Part shown: positions 27,277-36,621 of the stretch, in pieces
How the letters are laid out: the number at the start of each line of letters is the position of its first letter
Position numbering within the stretch: the stretch's first letter is position 1
Assembly: GCA_022394775.1 (NCBI GenBank)
Contig: JAGFCB010000154.1
Location: 1,463-65,462, forward strand
Direction of reading: 5' to 3'
From: Candidatus Poribacteria bacterium
GTDB lineage: Bacteria > Poribacteria > WGA-4E > WGA-3G
Length of the DNA: 64,000 nucleotides
Program-made: the position numbers and the translations under genes
The notes under the pieces: model-generated
Database searches by the model: none
Told to the model about the DNA's origin: nothing
The model's input: the letters and a program-made list of their open reading frames with translations, nothing else

Positions 27277-28405
27277 CGGTTCAGGCATCGGGGGCGGACA
27301 ACGGAGTCTTCTGCTGCTGTTAGACCTGTTGGACAAGGCGCGTTTTACCCCTTTTGTTGGATGTCTCAGTGATAGTACCTTCGCAGCGGAGGTTGAAAAG
27401 ACAACAGCGAATGTTATCCCGTTATCGCTTCCGGCTGCACATAACAAAACCGATAAAGTGAAACGGTTCACCGTCCGAGACTTGCTTGAAGATTTTCGAC
27501 AACTTCGGGTCATCATTGAACTCCATCGGGCTGTGAAGCGACATGCGATTGATCTTATCCATGCGAACTCGCTTTCGGTGGCACTCCTCGGCGGTATTGT
27601 CGCGAGAATAAATCGTATTCCGATCCTGATGCATAAACGCTACGCGACCTCCTACGGGATCCTGGATAAACTCTGCGAAAGGCTTCTGCATCGTGTAATT
27701 TTGGTATCCGAGGCAACACGATGGGATTTCGCGCCTCTGGAAAAGCAGACACTCATCTATAACGGTGTGGATTTAGACGCATTTCAAGCATCGCTTGAAG
27801 AGGTGGAAACGCTGCGAGCAGAACTCTTTTCGGACGATCCTGAGGCTGCAGCACTTGTTGGTGTCGTCACCCGAATTACACCGGAGAAAGGTATCCACGT
27901 CTTAGTTAGCGCAATCGCGGAACTCAAAGAAAGGGCAAACGTAAAACTATTAGTTGTAGGCGGTCCTTATTTTCAAAAAGACATTGACTATATGGAGGCA
28001 CTCAAACAGGCGGTTGCGGACTTAGACATCAAAGACTCGGTCATCTTCACTGGATTTTTGTCGGATACGCGTATCGTAACAAGTCTGCTTGATATCGTGT
28101 TGGTGCCGTCAATTATTCCAGAGGCATGTCCGCGCACCATCATTGAAGCGATGGCAGTCGGTAAACCTGTTATCGCAACGCCGCTCGGTGGTAGCAAAGA
28201 ACTTGTCACGCCTGAAACGGGCATTTTAGTGCCACCTGAAGACGCATCGGCAGTTGCTAACGCTATCGCGACGCTTGTTGCCGATCAAGAACAATTGACA
28301 GCAATGGGAAACGCCGCCCGTGATCGTGCCGTGCAGTTATTTAGCAGTCAAAAGAATACCACTTCGACGGAGGCTGTCTACGCTGAACTGTTGGCAGCGT
28401 CCTAA
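27230..28405 (+). CDS. glycosyltransferase family 4 (GT-B fold)
   Basis: N-terminal GGGQRSL.., C-terminal RITPEKGI and E(x7)E region (PSIIPEACPRTIIEAMAVGKPVIA). Confidence 0.85.
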   Translation: MKTSDTSKSNILYLDSGSGIGGGQRSLLLLLDLLDKARFTPFVGCLSDSTFAAEVEKTTANVIPLSLPAAHNKTDKVKRFTVRDLLEDFRQLRVIIELHRAVKRHAIDLIHANSLSVALLGGIVARINRIPILMHKRYATSYGILDKLCERLLHRVILVSEATRWDFAPLEKQTLIYNGVDLDAFQASLEEVETLRAELFSDDPEAAALVGVVTRITPEKGIHVLVSAIAELKERANVKLLVVGGPYFQKDIDYMEALKQAVADLDIKDSVIFTGFLSDTRIVTSLLDIVLVPSIIPEACPRTIIEAMAVGKPVIATPLGGSKELVTPETGILVPPEDASAVANAIATLVADQEQLTAMGNAARDRAVQLFSSQKNTTSTEAVYAELLAAS

Positions 28406-28434
28406 GTTATCTCAGACACCACAGAGGAAACATT

Positions 28435-29454
28435 ATGAGAGGAAAAACGGTTAGTCCACCGCAAGGATCCCAAGCGAACCAAGGGCAAGTAAGACAGGTA
28501 TCTCAGTTGTTTGGTGAAGCTATCGGTGATACGCATGAGTGGGTAGAAATCCGCCGCACCAGCGATAAATGGGAAGCGCAATTGATCCAAACCACTTTGA
28601 ATGCGCAGCAGATTCGATGCCGACCAGTCGAATTAAGAGAGGAACGCCAAATCGCGCTCCTCGTGGCACCTGAACATGAGGTAACAGCCATGGAACTGGT
28701 AAGCCGCATTGATGTAGCCGTTACGGATAACGAAATGGCAGCGCGATCCGAAGAAAAAGCCGAGGCACTCAAACAACGCGATATGGCTGTCGTTCAAGAT
28801 GACACACCTACAACGTCAGAACCGGGTGATTCGTCAGAACTCGTAATGGCAGCACGCGAAGGTATCGGGAGCGTCGTCTATATTGCAGGACAAGGTTATG
28901 AAATTCGCGTCGGTCCTGAACCTTACGTCACTGTGCCAGACAGCGACTGGGAGGAGTTCACAGATTTCAGTGCGCAACGCCAAGAGTTTGTAATTCTCCT
29001 ACGCCACGAATATCCGGCACTTTTTGAGTGGATTCAAGAGGAGAAACTGCTCGCAGAATTCATCCGACTCATCGAGATGACGTATCAAGAGGGCGCGCCG
29101 ACTGTCGTTTCTCACAGACGCGGTGATGCTTCCAACGCTGAGGAACTGGATGCGACACCTTACCATCCACTTGCGCAATTGAGTCTCACGGTTGCAGTCG
29201 TTTCGCTGATCGCAGTGCTTTTCCAAGTACCGTGGACTGTGAACCTTGTGTTGGCTGTCGCCACTATAATATCTGCGGTTGTTGCGAAATCCCAGATTGA
29301 TGCGAGTGATGGGAAATCGACAGGTATCCCGATGGTACTCGGTGCGATGGTGCTGGCGTGTCTTGTTGTCGTTTTTGCATGGTGGTTGGCGCAACGTCCG
29401 GAGCCGGTGGAGCCAGCGAATCCACCCGTCCGTGAGATGGTTGAGGATCGGTAG
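28435..29454 (+). CDS. hypothetical membrane protein with N-terminal DUF2007-like domain
   Basis: WVEIRRTSDKWEAQLIQTTLNAQQI.. resembles the small putative signal-transducing (DUF2007) fold. Two C-terminal TM helices. Confidence 0.55.
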   Translation: MRGKTVSPPQGSQANQGQVRQVSQLFGEAIGDTHEWVEIRRTSDKWEAQLIQTTLNAQQIRCRPVELREERQIALLVAPEHEVTAMELVSRIDVAVTDNEMAARSEEKAEALKQRDMAVVQDDTPTTSEPGDSSELVMAAREGIGSVVYIAGQGYEIRVGPEPYVTVPDSDWEEFTDFSAQRQEFVILLRHEYPALFEWIQEEKLLAEFIRLIEMTYQEGAPTVVSHRRGDASNAEELDATPYHPLAQLSLTVAVVSLIAVLFQVPWTVNLVLAVATIISAVVAKSQIDASDGKSTGIPMVLGAMVLACLVVVFAWWLAQRPEPVEPANPPVREMVEDR

Positions 29455-29563
29455 AGTTTCAGAGGCGTTTCAATTCCAATCACCGGCCTCATCCACAGAA
29501 AGAGGCAAAACGATACCATGTCCGCGATGCGCGTGATTTTCTTAAAAAAGTGGGAATAACACC

Positions 29564-29818
29564 ATGAAAACAATGACATATCGAGGCTATACAGCGGAAA
29601 TTGTCTATAGTGACGAAGATGAGTGTTTTGTTGGCCATGTTGTCGACCCTGGCGATGATATTATAGGTTTCCACGGGGATACCGATGAAGAACTACGTGT
29701 TGCCTTTGAAAACGTGGTAGATCTTCACATCAAGGTCAAAGAGCAACCTGAAAATCCCCCGCAAAAACATTTTGCGGGGAGATTGTTGTCGCGTCTGCGT
29801 CAAGCCTTTCACCTATAA
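29564..29818 (+). CDS. HicB-like antitoxin N-terminal-domain protein (short form), paralogue 1
   Basis: MKTMTYRGYTAEIVYSDEDECFVGHV..GFHGDTDEEL..AFENVVDL matches the HicB-like antitoxin pattern recalled from memory. About 75 percent identical by eye to 31941..32192. Confidence 0.65.
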   Translation: MKTMTYRGYTAEIVYSDEDECFVGHVVDPGDDIIGFHGDTDEELRVAFENVVDLHIKVKEQPENPPQKHFAGRLLSRLRQAFHL

Positions 29819-29918
29819 CCCCCTGATGAGAAGGAATTTTAAAAGGGAAACAGGTCTCTGCCGAACTCGGTCAAGACACTACTTATACCAATACTATTCA
29901 GTCTAAGGTGGTGCTTGT

Positions 29919-31874
29919 GTGGAAGGCAGCCATGTCAGAAAAAGATACCAACCCCAAATCGGAACTGAAAATACCTCCCTCCTACTTGCACTTGCCATTG
30001 GTCTGCTTCTGATTCTGCTCAATGCCTACTGGATTGCATTGGTTAGCGGTATCCATCACTCTCTGAATCCCGCTTATGCTTCGCTGTTTATTGCTCCGAT
30101 TGTCAACCTCTTTTTCCTTGTATTACTCAATACATTGCTAAAGCGGATCCGTCCACAACTCGCCTTGAGCCGCGCACAACTTCTCATCGTCTATCAGATG
30201 CTGGTCATGCTTTGTCTGGTCTCTGGACACAACCCGATGGACTTTATCTTGGGGATTCTCGCGCATCCGTTCTGGTTCGCCACCTTTGAAAACGAATACG
30301 CATCCCTCTTTCATCGGTATATTCCATCTTGGTTCACGATCCAGGATAAAAGTGTGCTCACCGGTTTCTTTGAAGGTAACTCGACACTATACACAACAAA
30401 ACACGTATCCGCATGGATAGGTCCTACCGTGCTTTGGTCGTTTGTTACGTTTGTCCTCTTTTTCATCTTGATGTGCTTCAATAGCATCCAACGTCTACAG
30501 TGGAGTGAGCGAGAACGGCTTAGTTATCCGATTGCACAACTCCCGATAGAGATGACGACCCCGCGCTTTTTCGCAAGCAGATTGTTATGGCTGGGATTCG
30601 GCATCTGTGCAGCGGTAGAACTTCTCAACGGACTGCACTTTCTCTATCCTTTCGTGCCGAGTGTGCCTCTCAAAATACCCGACTTCGGGACAAAAATTTT
30701 TACGACGAAACCTTGGAGTGCTATCGGATGGTTACCGCTCTTCTTTTATCCATGGGTTATCGGTTTGACGTTCTTTGTGCCGCTCGAACTCTCATTTTCG
30801 GTTTGGTTCTTCTTTCTGTTTACGAAGTTTCAGTTGATTTTAGGGAGCATCGGTGGTTGGAAATCGCTACCCGGCTTTCCCTACTATAATCAACAAGGAA
30901 TCGGTGCGTGGCTGACCCTTGGACTTCTCATCTTATGGATAAGTCGTCCGCATCTGAAAACGGTATTTACGATGGCTTTGAAACCCGCTGACAAGGGCAA
31001 TGAGATTTCCAGAAACGAACCGTTTCGATATCGCACTGCGCTGCTGGGCATCTTAATAGGTATCACCATTCTCGTTTTCATTTTTCAGCAGGCTGGCATG
31101 TCTATTGGGATCCTTCTCGCCTTCTTGTGCCTCTATTTTCTTATGTCCATTGCTATAACTTATGCAAGGGCTGCAGTCGGTGTGCCTTACCATGAGGTTA
31201 TTTGGACGCATCCACAATTGATGCTCGTCTCAGTCTTAGGGGTACGACGGATCGGTGCGGCGAATTTGACACTTCTGTCTTTTTTGTATCCGTATGTTCG
31301 AGATAACGTCTCTCACCCGATGCCAAGTCAGTTAGAAGGGTTCAAAATCGCGGAACGCGCCCGGCTTTCTCAAAAAAAGATGGCGATAGCGATGATTGTC
31401 GCGCTATTGGTTGCCACGCCTGTTTCGTTTTGGGCGTATTTGCATCTCATCTATCAACACGGCGCGGTTCGGACGGAGGGCTACATTATCGGTATCGGCT
31501 TTGAAACCTTTGAACGTATGCTGCTGCCGTGGCTGCAACAACCGCACGCTACGGATAGCACAGGATTAAGCTTCACGGCGTTCGCCTCGTTGTTCACGTT
31601 AGGACTCATGTTTTTGAGAAGGCAGTTTATTTGGTTTCCTTTCCATCCAGCGGGTTATGCGCTCGGTTTATCCGCGGGGATGGTTTGGGTATGGAGTGCC
31701 GTGTGTGTCGGTTGGTTCATCAAAGCGATCTTGCTCAAATTCGGTGGTTTACGAACCTACCGGAAGGCGGCTCCATTTTTTGTTGGGGTGATTTTGGGAG
31801 ATTTTTTGATAGGCACATTTTGGAGTTTAGTGGGTGCGGTTTTCGAGATACCTGTGTATCGAGTCTGGTATTAA
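29919..31874 (+). CDS. large polytopic membrane protein of unknown function (DUF6785-like?)
   Basis: 651 aa, GTG start, more than 12 hydrophobic helices. The motif QWSERERLSYPI resembles DUF6785-type proteins from memory; this is unverified. Confidence 0.65.
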   Translation: MEGSHVRKRYQPQIGTENTSLLLALAIGLLLILLNAYWIALVSGIHHSLNPAYASLFIAPIVNLFFLVLLNTLLKRIRPQLALSRAQLLIVYQMLVMLCLVSGHNPMDFILGILAHPFWFATFENEYASLFHRYIPSWFTIQDKSVLTGFFEGNSTLYTTKHVSAWIGPTVLWSFVTFVLFFILMCFNSIQRLQWSERERLSYPIAQLPIEMTTPRFFASRLLWLGFGICAAVELLNGLHFLYPFVPSVPLKIPDFGTKIFTTKPWSAIGWLPLFFYPWVIGLTFFVPLELSFSVWFFFLFTKFQLILGSIGGWKSLPGFPYYNQQGIGAWLTLGLLILWISRPHLKTVFTMALKPADKGNEISRNEPFRYRTALLGILIGITILVFIFQQAGMSIGILLAFLCLYFLMSIAITYARAAVGVPYHEVIWTHPQLMLVSVLGVRRIGAANLTLLSFLYPYVRDNVSHPMPSQLEGFKIAERARLSQKKMAIAMIVALLVATPVSFWAYLHLIYQHGAVRTEGYIIGIGFETFERMLLPWLQQPHATDSTGLSFTAFASLFTLGLMFLRRQFIWFPFHPAGYALGLSAGMVWVWSAVCVGWFIKAILLKFGGLRTYRKAAPFFVGVILGDFLIGTFWSLVGAVFEIPVYRVWY

Positions 31875-31940
31875 CGATAAACCGATTTAAGTTGACTTTT
31901 TAAGAAATAGCGGATAAAGTTAACGAATAGGCATAACATC

Positions 31941-32192
31941 ATGAAAACAATGACGTACAAAGGCTATACCACGGAAATTATCTATAGCGACGAAGATGAA
32001 TGCTTTGTCGGCCATATTGTCAATATTGATGCGATATCAGGTTTTCACGGTGATACTGACGAAGAGTTGCGTGACGCTTTTGAAAACATGGTAGAACTCT
32101 ATATTGAGACACTGGAGGAGCCAGAAAATCCACCGCAAACACACTTTGCGGGGAGGTTGCTGTCGCGTCTACGTCAAGCACTCCACCTGTAG
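31941..32192 (+). CDS. HicB-like antitoxin N-terminal-domain protein (short form), paralogue 2
   Basis: MKTMTYKGYTTEIIYSDEDECFVGHI..GFHGDTDEELRDAFENMVEL.. Same length class and same C-terminal end (..HFAGRLLSRLRQALHL) as paralogue 1. Confidence 0.65.
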   Translation: MKTMTYKGYTTEIIYSDEDECFVGHIVNIDAISGFHGDTDEELRDAFENMVELYIETLEEPENPPQTHFAGRLLSRLRQALHL

Positions 32193-32253
32193 AAGCAGAA
32201 CGTTTGTCCCGCCCACTATCGGAATGAAGCCATAAAAACAAGGAATTTTACCA

Positions 32254-32952
32254 GTGAAAACGTGCCTTATTGTTTTCGCTAAGAATCCAGTACCGAACCA
32301 AGTTAAGACGCGGCTTATACCGACGCTTTCACCGGAACAAGCGGCAACACTCTATGCCGCATTTCTTACAGATTGGTGTGAGGCACTTGTTGAACTTGCC
32401 GACGTAGACCTCGTTATCGCGTATACCCCCGCAGACGCACAACTCGATTTACAGACGTTAATCGGAGACGATGTTATCTACATCCCACAAATGGGAACAG
32501 ATCTCGGGGAACGACTCACTTCAGCAACACAGTGGGCAACTGAACAAGGATACGCAAAGATACTATTCGTTGGATCTGATAGTCCGACACTACCGATTTC
32601 ATACATATCGCAAGCAATCACACTGCTCGACTCACGGGATACCGTTATCGGACCGAGTACAGATGGCGGCTATTACCTTATCGGTTTTTCAGTAGAGACT
32701 TTAGCAACCACAATACCACAAGTATTCGAGGAAATCGCATGGAGCACGGCAGAGGTTTTTCAACAGACAGTTACACGCATCCGTGAAGCAAAAGTAACGC
32801 TTGGACTTTTACCGCCATGGTATGATATAGATACCCCCGAAGACTTGACATTTCTGCATACACATATATCCGCAACACGACTTGCGGGTGACAGAGTGCA
32901 AGCAGTTAGAACAGAATCTTTATTAGCAGAGTTGAGAGTTTTGCTTACATAA
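32254..32952 (+). CDS. DUF2064 / TIGR04282-type glycosyltransferase-like protein
   Basis: GTG start. CLIVFAKNPVPNQVKTRL, GSDSPTLP and DGGYYLIG motifs. Confidence 0.8.
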   Translation: MKTCLIVFAKNPVPNQVKTRLIPTLSPEQAATLYAAFLTDWCEALVELADVDLVIAYTPADAQLDLQTLIGDDVIYIPQMGTDLGERLTSATQWATEQGYAKILFVGSDSPTLPISYISQAITLLDSRDTVIGPSTDGGYYLIGFSVETLATTIPQVFEEIAWSTAEVFQQTVTRIREAKVTLGLLPPWYDIDTPEDLTFLHTHISATRLAGDRVQAVRTESLLAELRVLLT

Positions 32953-32969
32953 TGGTTTCGCCTTAGAAG

Positions 32970-33003
32970 AACCCCCTAAATCCCCTTATCAGGGGGACTT
33001 TAA
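32970..33003 (+). repeat. short interspersed repeat (compact copy of the 14586..14659 element)
   Basis: aaccccctaaa-t-ccccttatcagggggactttaa contains the hairpin cccc-ttatca-gggg. Lies just after the 32952 stop. Confidence 0.6.
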
Positions 33004-33074
33004 CATACGACTACCATTAGGCAATACTCTCTGGGATTTGGTTTAGAAAAGAAAAAAGAAAAGGAGACTTGATA

Positions 33075-33806
33075 ATGGGACAATTAGATGGAAAAGTTGC
33101 GATTGTAACGGGCGGAAACCGCGGCATCGGTAAAGGGATTGCACGGGGACTTGCCGCCGAAGGTGCGAGTCTCACAATCGCTGCACGGAATGCCGAACTC
33201 CTTGAGGAAACCGCCAACGAATTCCGCGCAAACGGCACAAAGGTGTTGGCTGTTCCGACAGATGTAACGCAGGAATCACAGATCAAAGCACTCTTTGAAA
33301 AATCGATGGCGGAGCACGGTCGCTTGGACATCCTCGTCAACAATGCCGGGGCATTCGATGCCGGTCCTATAGACGAACTCTCAACGGAGGCATGGGACTG
33401 GGTTGTGGGTGTAAATCTCCGCGCACCGTTCCTCTGCACGCGTGAAGCATTCGGTATCATGAAAGCACAAGGCAAAGGAGGACGTATCATCAACGTCGGG
33501 AGTATCTCGTCGCATCGAGTACGTCCGCGCACTGCCCCTTACAGTGCTACCAAATTCGGTATCTGGGGACTGACACAGGTAACAGCACTCGAAGGCAGGC
33601 CGCACGGGATTACGGCAAGTTGTTTGAAACCCGGTAACACCTACGTAGAACGCCATCAAAATCAACCGCAGGAACCAGTTGAACCGATGATGGACGTTGA
33701 CGATCTCGCGCAAGCCGCTGTTCTCATGGCAACGCTTCCGCCCCATATTAATATGTTAGATGCGACTGTTTTACCCGTTGGTCAGCTTTATGTGGGGCGT
33801 GGGTAG
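33075..33806 (+). CDS. SDR family oxidoreductase
   Basis: TGGNRGIG cofactor motif, NNAG, YSATK catalytic motif. ATG 33075 is preceded by AAGGAG. Confidence 0.9.
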   Translation: MGQLDGKVAIVTGGNRGIGKGIARGLAAEGASLTIAARNAELLEETANEFRANGTKVLAVPTDVTQESQIKALFEKSMAEHGRLDILVNNAGAFDAGPIDELSTEAWDWVVGVNLRAPFLCTREAFGIMKAQGKGGRIINVGSISSHRVRPRTAPYSATKFGIWGLTQVTALEGRPHGITASCLKPGNTYVERHQNQPQEPVEPMMDVDDLAQAAVLMATLPPHINMLDATVLPVGQLYVGRG

Positions 33807-33842
33807 TGTAGACCTTCATAAACGCTCAGTCGGAGGCAAATC

Positions 33843-35069
33843 ATGAAAGTGAATCGGACGCAATTCATGGAAGAGGGGTATCTCGTTTTCCGAGAAGTAA
33901 TTCCACCGGAAGAATTAGATGCGCTTCGGGAGAGTTATGAACTGATGGTATCGCGCCAGCGGGAAATCTGGGCACGAGAACGGGGTCCAAACGACCCACC
34001 CGGCGGCGTATGGGAGACTTCACCGCAACCGCGTCTACTACTCGGACGTGATCCACTCGCAGGGCTTGTTGATGAAAAAACAGCGAGTGCTGTCGAAATT
34101 TGGGCGCATGAAAACATGCAAGGTGTCAGCACTGAGCTGCTCGGCGAGGAAGACGCAGGCGTTACCGAGATGATGCTCATGTGCAGCCCCGTCCGAGACT
34201 GCGGGCCTGCTGCTTGGCATCGTGATCATCACCCGATTGATACCGCACCATTACAAGGCTACATCGACGATATTGTGGAGACGGGACCGCGCTACGTGCA
34301 GTGGAACCTCTCACTCTACGACGATAATGTATTGTGGGTGCTACCCGGTAGTCATCTGCGCGTCAACACTGATGAAGAAAATCAGCGATTGTTGGCGGAT
34401 CCGAAAGTGCCGTTACCCGGTGCAGTTCAGACGCATCTTAACGCAGGCGATGGGGTTGTGTACATCCTACCTATTTTACACTGGGGAAGTAATTACAGTC
34501 GGAAAATGCGGCGGACGATTCATGGTGGGTTTGCAAATCACACCTACTATCAGGCGTTTGATTACATAGACTACTTGTCGCCAGAAGTGCAAGACAAATT
34601 CCATCGGTGGAATGAACGTAGTGAACAGATGCGAGTGTGGACGGAGAATGCCCTCCGCGCTGTGATTGAAAAGCGTGCGGATGCCTATCACACGGCACTC
34701 GAAAATTTGCACCCAGATAGAGGCGAAAAAGGGAAGATACTCTCAACCGTTTTCCTGTGTAAAGCTGCCTGTTTTGTGGCAATGATGCACGACTGTGATC
34801 TGGCAGACATTCCCGATGAACTCAAGAACCGAGGGAAGGGTTTCCACGCTATCACCTTGAATTGGGGACCGCCGTTCGCGGAGCGGTTCACGAAAGCGGA
34901 GGCCGCTATACTATGGGACCGTTTTAAACCCCTTGATGCACTCCTCAAGACCGACGAAGAGTTGTATCTACCAGGTTTTCAATCTGGTCCGATGCACTAC
35001 TATTTCAATGAAATGCCTGCCAATTTCGGCGTTGCAGATTTCATCAAGACGTGGGAACTACAACCGTAG
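33843..35069 (+). CDS. phytanoyl-CoA dioxygenase (PhyH) family protein
   Basis: N-terminal F.EEGYLVFREVIPPEEL, WHRDH (His-x-Asp-type iron motif region), and a downstream HGG. Confidence 0.8.
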   Translation: MKVNRTQFMEEGYLVFREVIPPEELDALRESYELMVSRQREIWARERGPNDPPGGVWETSPQPRLLLGRDPLAGLVDEKTASAVEIWAHENMQGVSTELLGEEDAGVTEMMLMCSPVRDCGPAAWHRDHHPIDTAPLQGYIDDIVETGPRYVQWNLSLYDDNVLWVLPGSHLRVNTDEENQRLLADPKVPLPGAVQTHLNAGDGVVYILPILHWGSNYSRKMRRTIHGGFANHTYYQAFDYIDYLSPEVQDKFHRWNERSEQMRVWTENALRAVIEKRADAYHTALENLHPDRGEKGKILSTVFLCKAACFVAMMHDCDLADIPDELKNRGKGFHAITLNWGPPFAERFTKAEAAILWDRFKPLDALLKTDEELYLPGFQSGPMHYYFNEMPANFGVADFIKTWELQP

Positions 35070-35852
35070 ACCGAGCATTCCGCTGAGATAGAAATACGCT
35101 TCTTCAGTATAACGGGGTAGGTTCTCAGGATCTTCGACTTCTAACTCTAAAGTCAGGTCGCCTTGGTAGTCTACAGCTTGGAGTGTCTCAATAATCTCTT
35201 TGAGGTTGAGTTCACCGCGCCCGATGCCAACAGATATAGATCCGAGATGATCCTTGAGGTGTACTGCATAGAGGCGCGATGCGAATTGACGAATCGCAGC
35301 AAGCGTGTCTACACCCGATGAGTGGAAATGCCCAGTATCGATACAGACACCAACGCGTTCGTCAGCGATAGCATCTAAAACCGTCTGGAAATCCTCTGCC
35401 TGTTCGAGGACGTTTCCGTGATGCGGTTCAAGCGTTAGTTTGATTTGACTTTCGGCTGGCATGCGCCGCAACACCTCACGGACACAGGCGGTTACCCTGT
35501 CCAATGCACCAGGATCTGTTCTACGTTGCGCGCCGCTCGTTGTCAAATGGGTTGCGCCAAGTCCTTCGGCGATTTCGACGCACCTTGCGATCGCGCCAGC
35601 GCGTGCGTCAACATCGGCATTGTCCTGTCCACCCCAACCGGGTGGATAGAGTCCAGCGCACTTCATGCCGGATGCGTCAATTTTTGCCTTCATCTCCTCT
35701 ATGTCAAACGCGTGCGCGGCGTCCACGCTCCAGATAAGCGGTCCGTGGATTTCCATGAGACGGTAACCGATTTTCGGTGCATTTTCCAAAGTTGCGGCAA
35801 CCTCGTCTTCGGCGTAACCTCGGTAACAGATAGAAGCACAAATAACGTCCAT
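35058..35852 (-). CDS. sugar phosphate isomerase/epimerase (xylose-isomerase-like TIM barrel)
   Basis: ..LTLEPHHGN.., ..CIDTGHFH.., ..HLKD.. metal-ligand pattern. The 3' end overlaps the convergent PhyH gene by 12 nt. Confidence 0.8.
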   Translation of the reverse strand: MDVICASICYRGYAEDEVAATLENAPKIGYRLMEIHGPLIWSVDAAHAFDIEEMKAKIDASGMKCAGLYPPGWGGQDNADVDARAGAIARCVEIAEGLGATHLTTSGAQRRTDPGALDRVTACVREVLRRMPAESQIKLTLEPHHGNVLEQAEDFQTVLDAIADERVGVCIDTGHFHSSGVDTLAAIRQFASRLYAVHLKDHLGSISVGIGRGELNLKEIIETLQAVDYQGDLTLELEVEDPENLPRYTEEAYFYLSGMLGLRL

Positions 35853-35923
35853 AACAACTCCTTATGGTCAGTAGTATTCAGTTATCAATTGTCAGTAAAA
35901 TAGCCATTAGCAGTCAATAAATG

Positions 35924-35948
35924 TCGCGACCAGAAGGTCGCTCCTATA
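35924..35948 (-). repeat. REP-like hairpin element (TAGGAG-hairpin-CGA type)
   Basis: Minus strand reads TATAGGAG-CGACCTTCTGGTCG-CGA. Flanks match the 4793/4833 copies, but the stem sequence is different while still complementary. Confidence 0.6.
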
Positions 35949-36020
35949 GTAACAGGTATCACGAAATCCAAAGGTTGGTCTTATGGCAGAACTAATGATT
36001 CAACAGCGAAACTGTTCGAC

Positions 36021-36049
36021 TTTCCAGTTTCCTCAAACTGTGCTATAAT
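36021..36049 (+). promoter_or_regulatory. extended -10 promoter for yjbQ
   Basis: TTTCCA (36021..36026), 17-nt spacer ending in TGC, TATAAT (36044..36049). Confidence 0.4.
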
Positions 36050-36071
36050 ACATCAGAATTAATCATTAAAC

Positions 36072-36497
36072 TTGGAGACATTAAAAGTGATTCAACAAAT
36101 TGAAATAACTTTACCTGAATACTCACGCGGCTTTCATCTCGTCACAGATGAGATCGTGAAATCGCTCGGTGAACTGCCGAGAGAAGGTATCCTGCACCTA
36201 TTCATCAAACACACTTCAGCAGGATTGACGATAAACGAAAATGACGATCCGACTGTTCGTGAAGACTTTGCCAACAGTTTCGACCAATTTGTCAAGGAAC
36301 GCGAACCGTTCTATAAACACACAATAGAAGGCGACGACGATATGCCAGCGCATATTAAAGCGTCGCTCGTCGGTTTCAGTGTCTCTATCCCGATTACGAA
36401 CCATCGCCTGAATTTAGGTATATGGCAAGGCATCTATCTATGCGAATTTCGGAACCACGGTGGTCAGCGACACTTAATGGCGACGCTCTATTCTTAG
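36072..36497 (+). CDS. yjbQ: YjbQ/UPF0047 family protein (secondary thiamine-phosphate synthase)
   Basis: HTSAGLTINENDDPTVREDF, PAHIKASL and LGIWQGIYLCEF motifs. Start is TTG 36072 or GTG 36087. Confidence 0.85.
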   Translation: METLKVIQQIEITLPEYSRGFHLVTDEIVKSLGELPREGILHLFIKHTSAGLTINENDDPTVREDFANSFDQFVKEREPFYKHTIEGDDDMPAHIKASLVGFSVSIPITNHRLNLGIWQGIYLCEFRNHGGQRHLMATLYS

Positions 36498-36512
36498 CGT
36501 TTAGATGTTATT

Positions 36513-36603
36513 AGGATTTACACAATTTTCCCATGAAGCTCCATGTATTATGTGCTGCAGACGAGGTTTCAAACCTCGCCTGCGGGGAGTTTGCGCAAGT
36601 CCT
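36513..36603 (+). mobile_element. MITE-like element (91 bp) with terminal inverted repeats
   Basis: Left end aggatttacaca (36513..36524); right end tgcgcaagtcct (36592..36603). Arms are complementary at 9 of 12 positions. Internal blocks atgtattatgtgctgc and cgaggtttcaaacctcgcctgcgggg are shared with 49825..49934. Confidence 0.65.
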
Positions 36604-36621
36604 GGTTATGACATATATCCG

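Noticed and set aside
29445-29567. Possible HicA toxin remnant upstream of the first HicB-like gene; this frame ends ..VRDARDFLKKVGITP with its TGA overlapping the hicB-like ATG
   Set aside because: The frame has no start codon in its 40 codons. The resemblance is to a HicA N-terminus located at the 3' end of the frame, and nothing similar lies upstream of the second paralogue. This is too weak.
33017-33532. 171-aa minus-strand ORF overlapping the SDR gene
   Set aside because: It is antisense to an ORF with clear SDR motifs (TGGNRGIG, YSATK). Its Arg/Ser/Ala/Pro-rich translation is typical of an antisense frame.
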